Shown one piece after another: positions 28,619-38,184 of a stretch of DNA of 64,000 nucleotides (position 1 is the first letter of the stretch; every line of letters begins with the position of its first letter). The position numbers and the translations under genes are program-made. Below the pieces are notes generated by a model. It was not told the origin of the DNA. It saw nothing but the letters and a program-made list of their open reading frames with translations, and made no database searches. The stretch lies in IMG/VR virus record IMGVR_UViG_3300048881_000780. One strand, 5' to 3'. The stretch is from a virus. Lineage: Duplodnaviria > Caudoviricetes.

Positions 28619-29053
28619 ATGAAAGAAGAAAACAAAAACTTATTCAATGAGTTGCAATTTTTTTTATTAGGTAACGCAATTGTGCTAATTATCATTTTCT
28701 CATTATTTAGTATCGGGAATGCAATCGTTACATATAAAAGGCCATCTACAACCTATATAAATAAAAGAGTTACTGATTCAAAAGTTCCCACAAAAGTAAA
28801 GTGGATACTATGTGAAGCTTTCCTTTTTGATACTAAAGCTCTTAATATTCAATGCATTAAGAGATTCGGGTTAAATCATCTTAAAAATTTTCCCGTCGCC
28901 CATTTCTACATAGGTTTTAATTATCTACATCCATTCTCTAAAGAAGTTAATCTTCTTTATGAGCAAGGATTAATTAGGCAAGAAGATCTTGAAAACTCAA
29001 CGACTCTTAGCTACTTCATCAATAGAAGGGATATTGTATTATGGAAGAATTAA
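28619..29053 (+). CDS. Membrane-anchored protein, paralogue family A copy 2
   Basis: Similar to 26618..27049; AAGGA RBS. Confidence 0.75.
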   Translation: MKEENKNLFNELQFFLLGNAIVLIIIFSLFSIGNAIVTYKRPSTTYINKRVTDSKVPTKVKWILCEAFLFDTKALNIQCIKRFGLNHLKNFPVAHFYIGFNYLHPFSKEVNLLYEQGLIRQEDLENSTTLSYFINRRDIVLWKN

Positions 29054-29541
29054 TGAAACTACTCTTTGTTGAGAATGTATTTAGAGATTTATTATTTAAT
29101 AATTTTATATCTATTGCTGGGAAAATAGAGCTTGTAGTAATAAGCATATTAGGCCTTCAGTTTATTTTCATCCTATCGTTTTTATTTAACGATATCCAAA
29201 TGTTACGATTAAAAACAGTAAGTACTACTAAGAAAATATTTATTCTTTCTTCCTTTATTGCTCTATCTCTAATGCTCTATGCCCCATTGTGGGTACTAAG
29301 TAGCGCTCCAAAGGGATATCTTTGTTTTCAAAGTGTTGAAGATAATTCTAGAGGTGAAATAATTCGCTATGGTAATATCCCTTCAGAGAGACATATAATC
29401 AATCTTAATAATTTAAACGAAGTAAAACTATTTAACTTCCCTAAAAATATGATCAAGTACTCAAAGTGTACAAGTGATGAGGAGCTAACACTCTCAAGAA
29501 TTGAGATGATGAATAATAATGCCAAAATTTTAAATAATTGA
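29041..29541 (+). CDS. Two-TM membrane protein, paralogue family B copy 4
   Basis: LCF...RYG...IINLNNL...YSKCTSDE. Confidence 0.75.
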   Translation: MEELMKLLFVENVFRDLLFNNFISIAGKIELVVISILGLQFIFILSFLFNDIQMLRLKTVSTTKKIFILSSFIALSLMLYAPLWVLSSAPKGYLCFQSVEDNSRGEIIRYGNIPSERHIINLNNLNEVKLFNFPKNMIKYSKCTSDEELTLSRIEMMNNNAKILNN

Positions 29542-29555
29542 TCACTAACGAAGTG

Positions 29556-32500
29556 TTACCTTTTAAGTAGCACTTCGACTGCTCCATCTTGACCAGGGTT
29601 ACCTACAGAGTTTAAAATAACACCCACGCCACTTCCTCCAGCTGAAGATCCTCCAAGACCTTGACCATTTAACCGAATATTCCCATCTGCACCAAATCCA
29701 CCACCTGGCCCAGCTCCCTTTGAGCCTCTAACTAGAACACTACCTAATACAGGATCTAAATAGGCCATAGAGCCTCCGCCTCCTCCTGAGGAAATTGCTA
29801 CTATATTATCATCAACTACAATAGCACTTGCACCACCACCTGATGGAGCTCTATATTCGTAATTGTCATAATTCAATTCATCTGATAACTCAGTCTTATT
29901 TCTAATTGTTGGTTTCGTTGGATTTTCATATCCCCAAAACCTATCTAGAAAGTCATAACAAAAGCCTAAACATTTAAGAGAAGGAGATCCTCCGACTCCT
30001 ACATAAAACTTTACATGTTTTCCTACAATACCATTAACCTCTACACTAAGAGTCTCACCACTTCCCCCATCTGATTGATGAAGAGCATCGGAATAACCAC
30101 CACCTCCGGCACCTGAAATTAACGCGGTAGCGCCAGCAGTAAAGTGAGACGGGATATCAATTGAGTAAACTGAATCCCGTGGAGAAAAGATTAATCTAGC
30201 GTTATTACCTTCAGATGTACAAGTAACTCCCGAAGGAAGAGAGATACCAGCGCAAGAGTCTGCTATAGAGATCATTTGTCCACTCTTATTTAGCCAATAA
30301 CTCTCTGTAGTAAGCCTATTAAAGTAATACCTAGGGGCCGCAATAAACTTATTTCCACCTCCCAAGTTCTCTAATAAGCAATCTAGATCATCCAAACAAG
30401 ACGTCTCAAAAACAAACAATGAATTATTATACTCTTCAACAATATAACTTCCGCTATTATTGTAAAATAACTTATTTTCTGTTTTCTCTCCATCAAACTT
30501 GATGTCTCTCCAAAAAGACTGATCTTGAGAGTGTACAATATATCCGTAATTTCCTTCACCAGCTAAGTAACTATTCATTTCAGGAAAATCTAAAAGATTA
30601 ATAGAATAACTAAATTCATAATTTGAGCTATCTATATTTGACCACTCAAATAAGAATGTATCTAATTGTCTTTTAATTTTAACTTTAACCTCTTTACCAC
30701 TCCATCCATCTCCACCTAGAGCATTTTCACTACATGGTAATTCAAATTTTTGAAACAATGGTATCTTGGTATTACCATCAAAATAGTAAATAAAAGTATT
30801 TGGAACATCACAAGATTGTGTTCTTTCAAATGATAAATACCTATTTAGACCACCAGATCGTTTAAAAGTTGCAATAACTCCCACAAAGTCATCATCGGAT
30901 CCATTACTACTTAAAGTTACTTCGTGAATATAATTTTGCTCTATAGTTGATGAAATAAAACCAATTGGATTAGTAGAATGTACCGAAGAACTAATATCCG
31001 ATCCAACATAACTCCAACTAGTAGCATCTCCTACAACAGTATCCTTTGTGTAAAGAGGAGAATTAAGTTCAAACCTATACCAGGTATTAAATATATCTGC
31101 GACACTAGGTGGACTATATGTAGACTTAGCGTTATTAAAAAGTAGTAAATTATTAAAAACTAGAGCGTTTTTTTGATCCAGTGAACCTATATTAAAACTT
31201 GCTATAGAATCAACAAAATTTCCGATAGAATCACTTACTCTATACTTTATATAAGCCGGGTCTCCCGCGTAACTAAGTGATTTAAACTGCAATCCATCAG
31301 GTCTCGCTGTTACCTCTCCACCTACTACTTCTAAAATTTCAGAAAAACTTAAAGGTGATGGATTAGTAAGAAGAGAAGAGTCGTTTTCAAGCATTTTTGC
31401 AAAAGATAGAAAGTATTCATGACCCTGTTTTAAATCTATAATATCTTCATTGGCCTCAATCGCTGGCGTAATATTAATTGGTATAGTGTGATATAAAGAT
31501 GCTCCTTTATCATCCTCTGCTCTAACTAACAATTCACCTCTTCTTGTATTGCCAGGTGTTGCTCCATATCTAACTCTAGATGCTCCAAGATCGATTAAAT
31601 TTCCTTCTTTTTGAGAAATTGGAGTTATCTGAGGTGGTAGAACACCATCTGGGTCAGAGACAAAATCTAGAAGATTTACATCTATTGAATTTGACGCCAT
31701 AACTTCAATTGAGCTATCCACAAAGAATGGTAAATGATTGTTAACTGTAATATCTATAGTTGCCAATTCAATGGATTCTGCTCCCAGTGGGTCAATGGCC
31801 TTCAAAGTAAATGAATCAGTCCCATTAAACTTTCCAGTTGGAGTGTATACGTATGAATTATTATTAGAAATTTGCACATTTCCAAACTGTGGCTCATCTA
31901 CGATCTCAATGGCCACCTGAGATATCAAATCATCACTATCAAGCTTCTTAATATCTTTTTCAACGGCTACTGTCCCGATTGTTGAAACCGAATCAGATAG
32001 TATTTCTGGAGGTCTATTTAGAATATTAACACTTGCTGTATATGGACCAGATTCTCTTCCATCACTATCAGAAACCATAAAATCAAAAGAGTCTGGCTCA
32101 ACTGGAGTTTTAATCATTGGCCCACTTGGGTAATAAGTATAAGAATCCGTAATTTCATTATAAGTTAGATCACCTAGTCTAGGTGGTGAAACTATAGTAA
32201 CAGTTGTTTGGGTTTCTTCTGGATCACTTCTTTCTATAGTGAAGGTTTTTGAAGACCCTGAAAGTAATTCAATAGCAAAGTCTTCAGATATTGGTTTTCT
32301 ATTTTTTATACTTAATTTGATAGTTACTAAATCACTAGTATTGTGACCATCAAATAGTCTTAAAGTAAATTCATCTTCATAGTTTGAATTCTGATACTCT
32401 GGCAAATATGAAATTTCAACTCCAGTACTAAATGGATAGCGACCAAGTCCTTCTCTAGTTAGAATCAATGGCCCTTTAGTAGTTGGTGAAACTATGAACA

Positions 32501-34106
32501 CCTTCATGTCATCAGGAAAGGAATCTGCGTCACTATAATTTAAAGTGAAAACAAATGGTTCGTTATCAATATTAGAAGGTACCTCGATTAATTGATTAAT
32601 GGCGATACTCGGGGCGACTGAAGTGATCTCATATGTAACAGTTGCTACATTTGAGTATAGTTCACCGTCTGTACATCTATAAGTATAAGTTACAACCCCT
32701 ACGTCATTAGGAGCGGCCTCAAAGGTTGCTAATCTGTTATCTAGAGACTTAAACCTCACTAATCCTCTTTGTGGATTATCAACGATTGAGTAGCTCATTG
32801 AAGTATTTTCAGGGTCACTACAAAGCAAGATTGCATCATCAAAACTATTTGAACTAATCGTCTTTGATATATCTTGGGCCACTGGAGCCCTATTTTGAAT
32901 CAATATCGGAACTTCATATTCATCTGTTTGCCAAGACCCATCATCAACTTTAAATCTAAAGAAGTCATAACCTGTGTAATTTCCTTCAGGTGAAAACGTG
33001 AATATCCCATCTCCAGTTAAAGTTAACCTCCCATTTTCTGGCATTTTAGTGATAACAAAATTTAGATCTTCATAATTTGTCTCTTGATCAGTAACATCTA
33101 AAACAAAGTTTAAATCTTCTCGAGACAAAGTCGAAAGAGCTTTTTGTTTATACTCTGGCCCAGTGTTAACAACATTTACATATGCCAATCTTAATGGAGA
33201 AGTTACTCCTTGATTATTAGTCACTCTATAAGAAAATTGATCAATACCAACAAATCTACCCAGAGGCCTATAATTATAATCTCCAATTGATCTTCCATCA
33301 TCCTCTTCGATACTTAGGAGATCTCCACTTGGTGAAGAGCTTACTATATCGATCTTAGTTTTATTTCCGACTTGAGAACCTAGAATGATATCAATCGAAC
33401 TTCCGGCACTAACTTCAAAGAAATCATAACTTCCATCAACACTTGGTCCAATAACTTTAAAGACAATTGAAGCGCTCGAGCTTGATTTCCCATCGGAAAC
33501 AGTAAAACTGATACCATCTCGACCTAAGAAACCAGGGTTTGGGAAATACCTAAAATACTCCGGACTTAACATTTCTACTGTACCATTATTGGGCATTGAG
33601 ATTATTGTTGTCGTTAATAGACTATTGGGATCACTTTCATCATTTAACGGGAATTTAATAGTATTTGGAGAGTCTGCTCTAACAAAGACTTCAACTGAAT
33701 TTGTACTAGGTGCAATATTTACCACACTTAAATCAATCACTCCTTCTAAATCTCCCTCGATCACAGTATTTTCTGGGTCAATATTGACTAGTCTATAACT
33801 AAATGAGTCTTCTCCAACAAAGCTTGCTCTTGGTCGATATTGAAATTTATTTGATATTAAATGTAATTCTCCATTTTGAGGATCAGTTGTTATCTCGATA
33901 TCGACACCAGCGACCATTGCTAACTCAGAAAGTCTATTTAGATCTATATTGTGATCATGAACGAGCTCCACTCTATATGATATGGCATCTATTTTTATAG
34001 ATTTCTTTAAAATAGTTTTGGTGTCAGGAATATTAACGACTTCAGAACTCTTTGAACAAGCTCCTAAAAACAAAGACAAAATAATACAAATAATGGCCAC
34101 TCTCAC
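29556..34106 (-). CDS. Giant adhesin-like lipoprotein with tandem Ig-like (Big_9/cadherin-like) repeats, a lectin/TSP-C-like domain and a Gly-rich C-terminus
   Basis: Lipobox LGAC; about nine repeats of N.AP...D.....P..G.l...Y.P...F.G.D.F.y.v.DG; DDDFVGV motif; GAGGGG-type tail. Confidence 0.85.
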   Translation of the reverse strand: MRVAIICIILSLFLGACSKSSEVVNIPDTKTILKKSIKIDAISYRVELVHDHNIDLNRLSELAMVAGVDIEITTDPQNGELHLISNKFQYRPRASFVGEDSFSYRLVNIDPENTVIEGDLEGVIDLSVVNIAPSTNSVEVFVRADSPNTIKFPLNDESDPNSLLTTTIISMPNNGTVEMLSPEYFRYFPNPGFLGRDGISFTVSDGKSSSSASIVFKVIGPSVDGSYDFFEVSAGSSIDIILGSQVGNKTKIDIVSSSPSGDLLSIEEDDGRSIGDYNYRPLGRFVGIDQFSYRVTNNQGVTSPLRLAYVNVVNTGPEYKQKALSTLSREDLNFVLDVTDQETNYEDLNFVITKMPENGRLTLTGDGIFTFSPEGNYTGYDFFRFKVDDGSWQTDEYEVPILIQNRAPVAQDISKTISSNSFDDAILLCSDPENTSMSYSIVDNPQRGLVRFKSLDNRLATFEAAPNDVGVVTYTYRCTDGELYSNVATVTYEITSVAPSIAINQLIEVPSNIDNEPFVFTLNYSDADSFPDDMKVFIVSPTTKGPLILTREGLGRYPFSTGVEISYLPEYQNSNYEDEFTLRLFDGHNTSDLVTIKLSIKNRKPISEDFAIELLSGSSKTFTIERSDPEETQTTVTIVSPPRLGDLTYNEITDSYTYYPSGPMIKTPVEPDSFDFMVSDSDGRESGPYTASVNILNRPPEILSDSVSTIGTVAVEKDIKKLDSDDLISQVAIEIVDEPQFGNVQISNNNSYVYTPTGKFNGTDSFTLKAIDPLGAESIELATIDITVNNHLPFFVDSSIEVMASNSIDVNLLDFVSDPDGVLPPQITPISQKEGNLIDLGASRVRYGATPGNTRRGELLVRAEDDKGASLYHTIPINITPAIEANEDIIDLKQGHEYFLSFAKMLENDSSLLTNPSPLSFSEILEVVGGEVTARPDGLQFKSLSYAGDPAYIKYRVSDSIGNFVDSIASFNIGSLDQKNALVFNNLLLFNNAKSTYSPPSVADIFNTWYRFELNSPLYTKDTVVGDATSWSYVGSDISSSVHSTNPIGFISSTIEQNYIHEVTLSSNGSDDDFVGVIATFKRSGGLNRYLSFERTQSCDVPNTFIYYFDGNTKIPLFQKFELPCSENALGGDGWSGKEVKVKIKRQLDTFLFEWSNIDSSNYEFSYSINLLDFPEMNSYLAGEGNYGYIVHSQDQSFWRDIKFDGEKTENKLFYNNSGSYIVEEYNNSLFVFETSCLDDLDCLLENLGGGNKFIAAPRYYFNRLTTESYWLNKSGQMISIADSCAGISLPSGVTCTSEGNNARLIFSPRDSVYSIDIPSHFTAGATALISGAGGGGYSDALHQSDGGSGETLSVEVNGIVGKHVKFYVGVGGSPSLKCLGFCYDFLDRFWGYENPTKPTIRNKTELSDELNYDNYEYRAPSGGGASAIVVDDNIVAISSGGGGGSMAYLDPVLGSVLVRGSKGAGPGGGFGADGNIRLNGQGLGGSSAGGSGVGVILNSVGNPGQDGAVEVLLKR

Positions 34107-34185
34107 AGCATCTCCTATATATATTATTATAAATTATTAGAAGGTGCTATTAATGGGTAAGATCTAGAATATTTCTCTTTAATTT

Positions 34186-34605
34186 CTAGTACTTAATGAT
34201 CTCTTCTTCACTTGTTAGACTACTTGTCCCGTCACCTTCGAACTCTTCTAACTTTTGTGCGAATTCAACATAGTTCATGGGATAGTTTTGATTATCAATT
34301 ATTAACATATTTAAAAGAGATACGAGGGCCCCGATTGCGAGAATTACATAGTAGTAGATAGAGTGAGTAATTAAAACCCAGAGAACTACCTGGATAGAGA
34401 ATAGAGTAATAATAAAACGAATTCCCTTAGCTTTTAAATATCTCGCATAGTCTAATTTTAAATTATAACGCCTAATCTTTATAATGAGCTCTGCAATATA
34501 GAATATATTAAAAAAAGGTCCTCCCAATATGTTGAAAAAATTTAAACATATTAATAAAGTAAGAACCACTTTATTAGACCCTTTAAAGAATTTTTCAATA
34601 TCCAT
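34186..34605 (-). CDS. Hypothetical integral membrane protein
   Basis: Three to four hydrophobic segments; AGGAG RBS. Confidence 0.7.
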   Translation of the reverse strand: MDIEKFFKGSNKVVLTLLICLNFFNILGGPFFNIFYIAELIIKIRRYNLKLDYARYLKAKGIRFIITLFSIQVVLWVLITHSIYYYVILAIGALVSLLNMLIIDNQNYPMNYVEFAQKLEEFEGDGTSSLTSEEEIIKY

Positions 34606-34622
34606 ATAATACTCCTAATATA

Positions 34623-34665
34623 TGAGCATCACAGTAGGCACGACTATTTATTACTGTGATGCTCA
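34623..34665. terminator. 14-bp perfect stem-loop between the Clp ATPase and the membrane gene
   Basis: TGAGCATCACAGTA-15nt-TACTGTGATGCTCA; no U-tract on the coding strand. Confidence 0.5.
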
Positions 34666-34678
34666 ATAAACCTATAAC

Positions 34679-37468
34679 TTAAACAGCTACAGGTTCACCT
34701 TTTTGTTTTTTATTATTCTTTCTAACTGGTCTAGTTGGGTTATTCTCTACAATTTGAATAGTTCCATCTTTAGTAACTTTACTTTTAATAATCTTAACAC
34801 CTGGATTCGTGGCGATAAATTTTGCCACAGGCATCAGAAGATTCTTTTCAATTACTTTAGATATTGGTCTAGCTCCCATCTTCTCATCATAATTAATGCT
34901 AGCAAGTTGTAATAAAGACTTATTATCTACATTAAGAATTATCTCAGACTCTTTAAGAAGTTCGCAGTTTTCAGACACTTGCTTTTTTACAATCTCAAAG
35001 TAGACATCTTTAGAGATGGCATTAAAAGAAAGAATTGAGAAGAATCTATTTCTAAATTCTGGCGAAAATACTTCATTTAACCCCTCTTTAGAGACAGTTG
35101 GTTTTGATACACTCTCACTTTTTACGAGACCAACCTTTTTATTTGAGTCCACAACAGCGCATCCAGCATTAGTAGTCATTAGAATTACTATATTTTTACA
35201 ACAAATTTCATCCCCTCTTCCATCAACGAATGATCCGTTATCTAGAACCTGTAAGAATATATTAAAAACTTCAGGAGTTGATTTCTCTAATTCGTCGATT
35301 AATATAACAGAGTATGGATTCTCTTTAATGCAATTACTTAAAACCCCACCATCATCGCTACCGTGAAATCCTTTAGTAGAACCAATCAGTTTAGTTACCC
35401 CCATCTCTCCTTTATATTCGGACATATTGAAGTTATATAGTGGGATATTCATATACTCCGCTACTTTCTTTGCCATCTCGGTTTTACCAACACCAGTTGG
35501 TCCCTGACACAGAAAGCTCAGAGGTCTATCATCATTTTTACAAAGAGGTGAATTTCTAAAGGTAATAGCATCACAAACTTCATTAATGGCCTCATCTTGA
35601 CCGATAACACATTTTTTTAATTGATCATTAAATTGAGTTAAATCGTTTGAAGTTTTCTCTTTGTTAATATTAGAGATATTACTCATATTGGAAACTACCT
35701 CATATAGCATTTCAATCTGAGTCGACTCTCTTTTTGAGAGTTTAATTCTAGAACAAAGCTCATCTAAGATATCAATTGAGATATCAGGGTTACATCTAGA
35801 AGGAATATATCTAGTTGCCAAATCTACCATAATGGAAAGTAACTCTTTTTCTACTTCTACATTATGGTACTTTTCATAAATTGGAAGAATACTCTTTAGA
35901 ACTTTAATAGTTCCGTCTTTAGATAATTCTTTAATATCGGTCTTCTTAAATCTTCTAGCAAAGGCCTTGTCTGGTTGAATAAATTCATTATATTCAGCGT
36001 AAGTTGTGGCACCAATAATAGAAAAATCATTCTTTGATAGCAGAGGCTTTAATTGGTTACCTATTGTCATTCCTGTAGAAGGATCTCCTCCCTTTACAAT
36101 TTGATGAAATTCATCGACAAATAGAATAACTTTTTTCTCAGAATCTTTAGATAATCTTGCTAATTCTGAAAATAAATCCTTAACTCTTTGCTCCAAATCT
36201 CCTCTAAATTTTGTTCCGGCCAATAAATCACTTGTGGACAGAGAAAAGAGATAGGCCCCTTTAAGATTATCACTTAATAGCCCATCCTTAATTTTAATTG
36301 CTAAGTCTTCAGCAATAGCACTTTTTCCGACACCAGGTCGACCTATTAATATAGGGTGATTCTTTTGCTTTCTCGATAAAGTATATACTACACTTTGAAC
36401 TTCATTTTCTCTTGATATAGCGGGAGATAGTTCCCCTCTAGATGCTTCGTCAATTAAATCCCGACAAAGAGTAGCTATAGTTTTATACTTTCTTAGAGAA
36501 TTTCTTCTCTTTTGTTCTTTGTGTTCCGATAAACTAGTTACATTATCTCTAGCAACTTCGGTTGCTGTTGTTACTGAAGTACGCTCATTTGTGACAAAAG
36601 CATTAGCAATAGTTAAAAAATTTAAAATATCATCTAATTGTTCGTGTGTTAGTGAATAAAAAATTTCTGTAACATTTTCTTTAAAAAATAGAAAAACAGT
36701 TGAAGCAATACAAGCATTTTCAATTAGACCTCTTTCATTAAATATATCCCAAATACTAGTATATGGAATTTTTAAATTAGGCGCCCCACTACAGGCATCA
36801 ATGGCCAACTGGGCACTAACACCAACAGGTGGATTGTAGAAATTTAGATATTGATAAACCGGATGAGATACAATATGAACCATAAAATCTGATAGGTACA
36901 CATATCTAGACTCTACATTATCTTCATCTTCATCGAGATCGGTGTGAACCAAATCTTTAAGAATATACATAAATTGATTATGATCAGCATAGCTATTAGC
37001 GATGTGAAAAACTGGATCATTATTATGAATTTCATGCAAACAAACAAATCTATTAATTTGTTTTAAAAGAAGTGGGTTAACATCAAGCCTGCTTTCATAA
37101 AAGAGGATACACGTTAAGAATAGGATAATCTCTTCTTTATCGTTTACAAACTCTCTTTCTTTTAAAACGTTGTCGTAAAAATCTCTTTCATTTATAATAT
37201 GATAGACAACTTCACTACATCTAGGAGAACTGGGGTCATCTTTATTGACTCTCTTAGTGTAAAGAGAATCATCAACTATAGTCTCACTAGCTTTTCCCAC
37301 CATAGAAAGTAGATCATTATACATTCTTAAATAAAATGAACTTTGAAATATATTAAAAAGAGATTTAGATGTTAAAAAATGTCTAACAAAGTTTTCATCT
37401 GTTATAACATCTTTATTGCTATTGCTCAAAAGCCTTGCAAACTCTTTTTTTAATACTTCTGTTTTCAT
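34679..37468 (-). CDS. clpA: ClpA-like Hsp100 AAA+ ATPase with atypical N-terminal domain
   Basis: GRPGVGKS/LFVDEFH and GPTGVGKT/IDELEK; AGTKFRGDLEQR; no ClpB middle domain; VGL ClpP-docking-like loop; FSPEFRNR; GARP. Confidence 0.88.
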   Translation of the reverse strand: MKTEVLKKEFARLLSNSNKDVITDENFVRHFLTSKSLFNIFQSSFYLRMYNDLLSMVGKASETIVDDSLYTKRVNKDDPSSPRCSEVVYHIINERDFYDNVLKEREFVNDKEEIILFLTCILFYESRLDVNPLLLKQINRFVCLHEIHNNDPVFHIANSYADHNQFMYILKDLVHTDLDEDEDNVESRYVYLSDFMVHIVSHPVYQYLNFYNPPVGVSAQLAIDACSGAPNLKIPYTSIWDIFNERGLIENACIASTVFLFFKENVTEIFYSLTHEQLDDILNFLTIANAFVTNERTSVTTATEVARDNVTSLSEHKEQKRRNSLRKYKTIATLCRDLIDEASRGELSPAISRENEVQSVVYTLSRKQKNHPILIGRPGVGKSAIAEDLAIKIKDGLLSDNLKGAYLFSLSTSDLLAGTKFRGDLEQRVKDLFSELARLSKDSEKKVILFVDEFHQIVKGGDPSTGMTIGNQLKPLLSKNDFSIIGATTYAEYNEFIQPDKAFARRFKKTDIKELSKDGTIKVLKSILPIYEKYHNVEVEKELLSIMVDLATRYIPSRCNPDISIDILDELCSRIKLSKRESTQIEMLYEVVSNMSNISNINKEKTSNDLTQFNDQLKKCVIGQDEAINEVCDAITFRNSPLCKNDDRPLSFLCQGPTGVGKTEMAKKVAEYMNIPLYNFNMSEYKGEMGVTKLIGSTKGFHGSDDGGVLSNCIKENPYSVILIDELEKSTPEVFNIFLQVLDNGSFVDGRGDEICCKNIVILMTTNAGCAVVDSNKKVGLVKSESVSKPTVSKEGLNEVFSPEFRNRFFSILSFNAISKDVYFEIVKKQVSENCELLKESEIILNVDNKSLLQLASINYDEKMGARPISKVIEKNLLMPVAKFIATNPGVKIIKSKVTKDGTIQIVENNPTRPVRKNNKKQKGEPVAV

Positions 37469-37538
37469 TAAATTCCCTTTCTGTGCGTATGTGTGTTACA
37501 TATAGAGTACAACCCATACTGCACTTGGTCAAGAATAT

Positions 37539-37553
37539 TAACACTAAGTGTTA
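37539..37553. promoter_or_regulatory. Perfect palindromic box upstream of the Clp ATPase
   Basis: TAACAC-TAA-GTGTTA; minus strand TG-T-TAATAT. Confidence 0.75.
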
Positions 37554-37688
37554 AGAAATGTATCGGCTAACACACCGTATTTATTTAGGCTTTTATACTT
37601 TTTTTAGGTCTTTTTAGTAGACGACGTAAATGAATAGTTACATTACGATATTCTTTTGAAGTGATTTACCAGCTCTTTATAAGGTAGT

Positions 37689-38165
37689 TTAATTAGAATG
37701 ATTTATTAAAGTTTGATCAAAATAATAAAAGGCCTTGTCCATATAATTTAAAGATCTAGATTCTTGTATTACTTTCTCTAAAACAGACCCTTTAAAGCAT
37801 TTGCAAAAGACAATTTTTCTTAATTGTTTAACATTAAATTTAGATATTATCGCCAAAGTGATGGTATGGATAATTTCCTTTTCATCTTCGCTAAGGAGAT
37901 TAAAGGAAGTTGGTATATAATTTGTTATTTTTTTTAATTCATACTGGTCGTATTCATCCCAAAAGATCTCACTAAAAATTATGTTATTTTGGTATACCTC
38001 TGGATGATTGTGTAAGCGAATTCTTTTTAATTCATTATTTTTAAAACTGACCATTTGTAGAACTATCAGAGCACCCATTAACTCAAAAGCATTAATATAG
38101 ATTTCATTTTCAATGAATATTTTCAATACTTCGTTTTTAATTTGTGCATCTTTTGTATTAATCAT
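37689..38165 (-). CDS. Hypothetical protein
   Basis: 158-aa ORF downstream of the helicase in the recA operon. Confidence 0.65.
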   Translation of the reverse strand: MINTKDAQIKNEVLKIFIENEIYINAFELMGALIVLQMVSFKNNELKRIRLHNHPEVYQNNIIFSEIFWDEYDQYELKKITNYIPTSFNLLSEDEKEIIHTITLAIISKFNVKQLRKIVFCKCFKGSVLEKVIQESRSLNYMDKAFYYFDQTLINHSN

Positions 38166-38184
38166 ATACCCACATTAAACCTTA

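Noticed and set aside
37484-37582. Extra operator copies at 37493 and 37568
   Set aside because: Only a half-site or two mismatches in one arm; not counted, though they may be auxiliary sites
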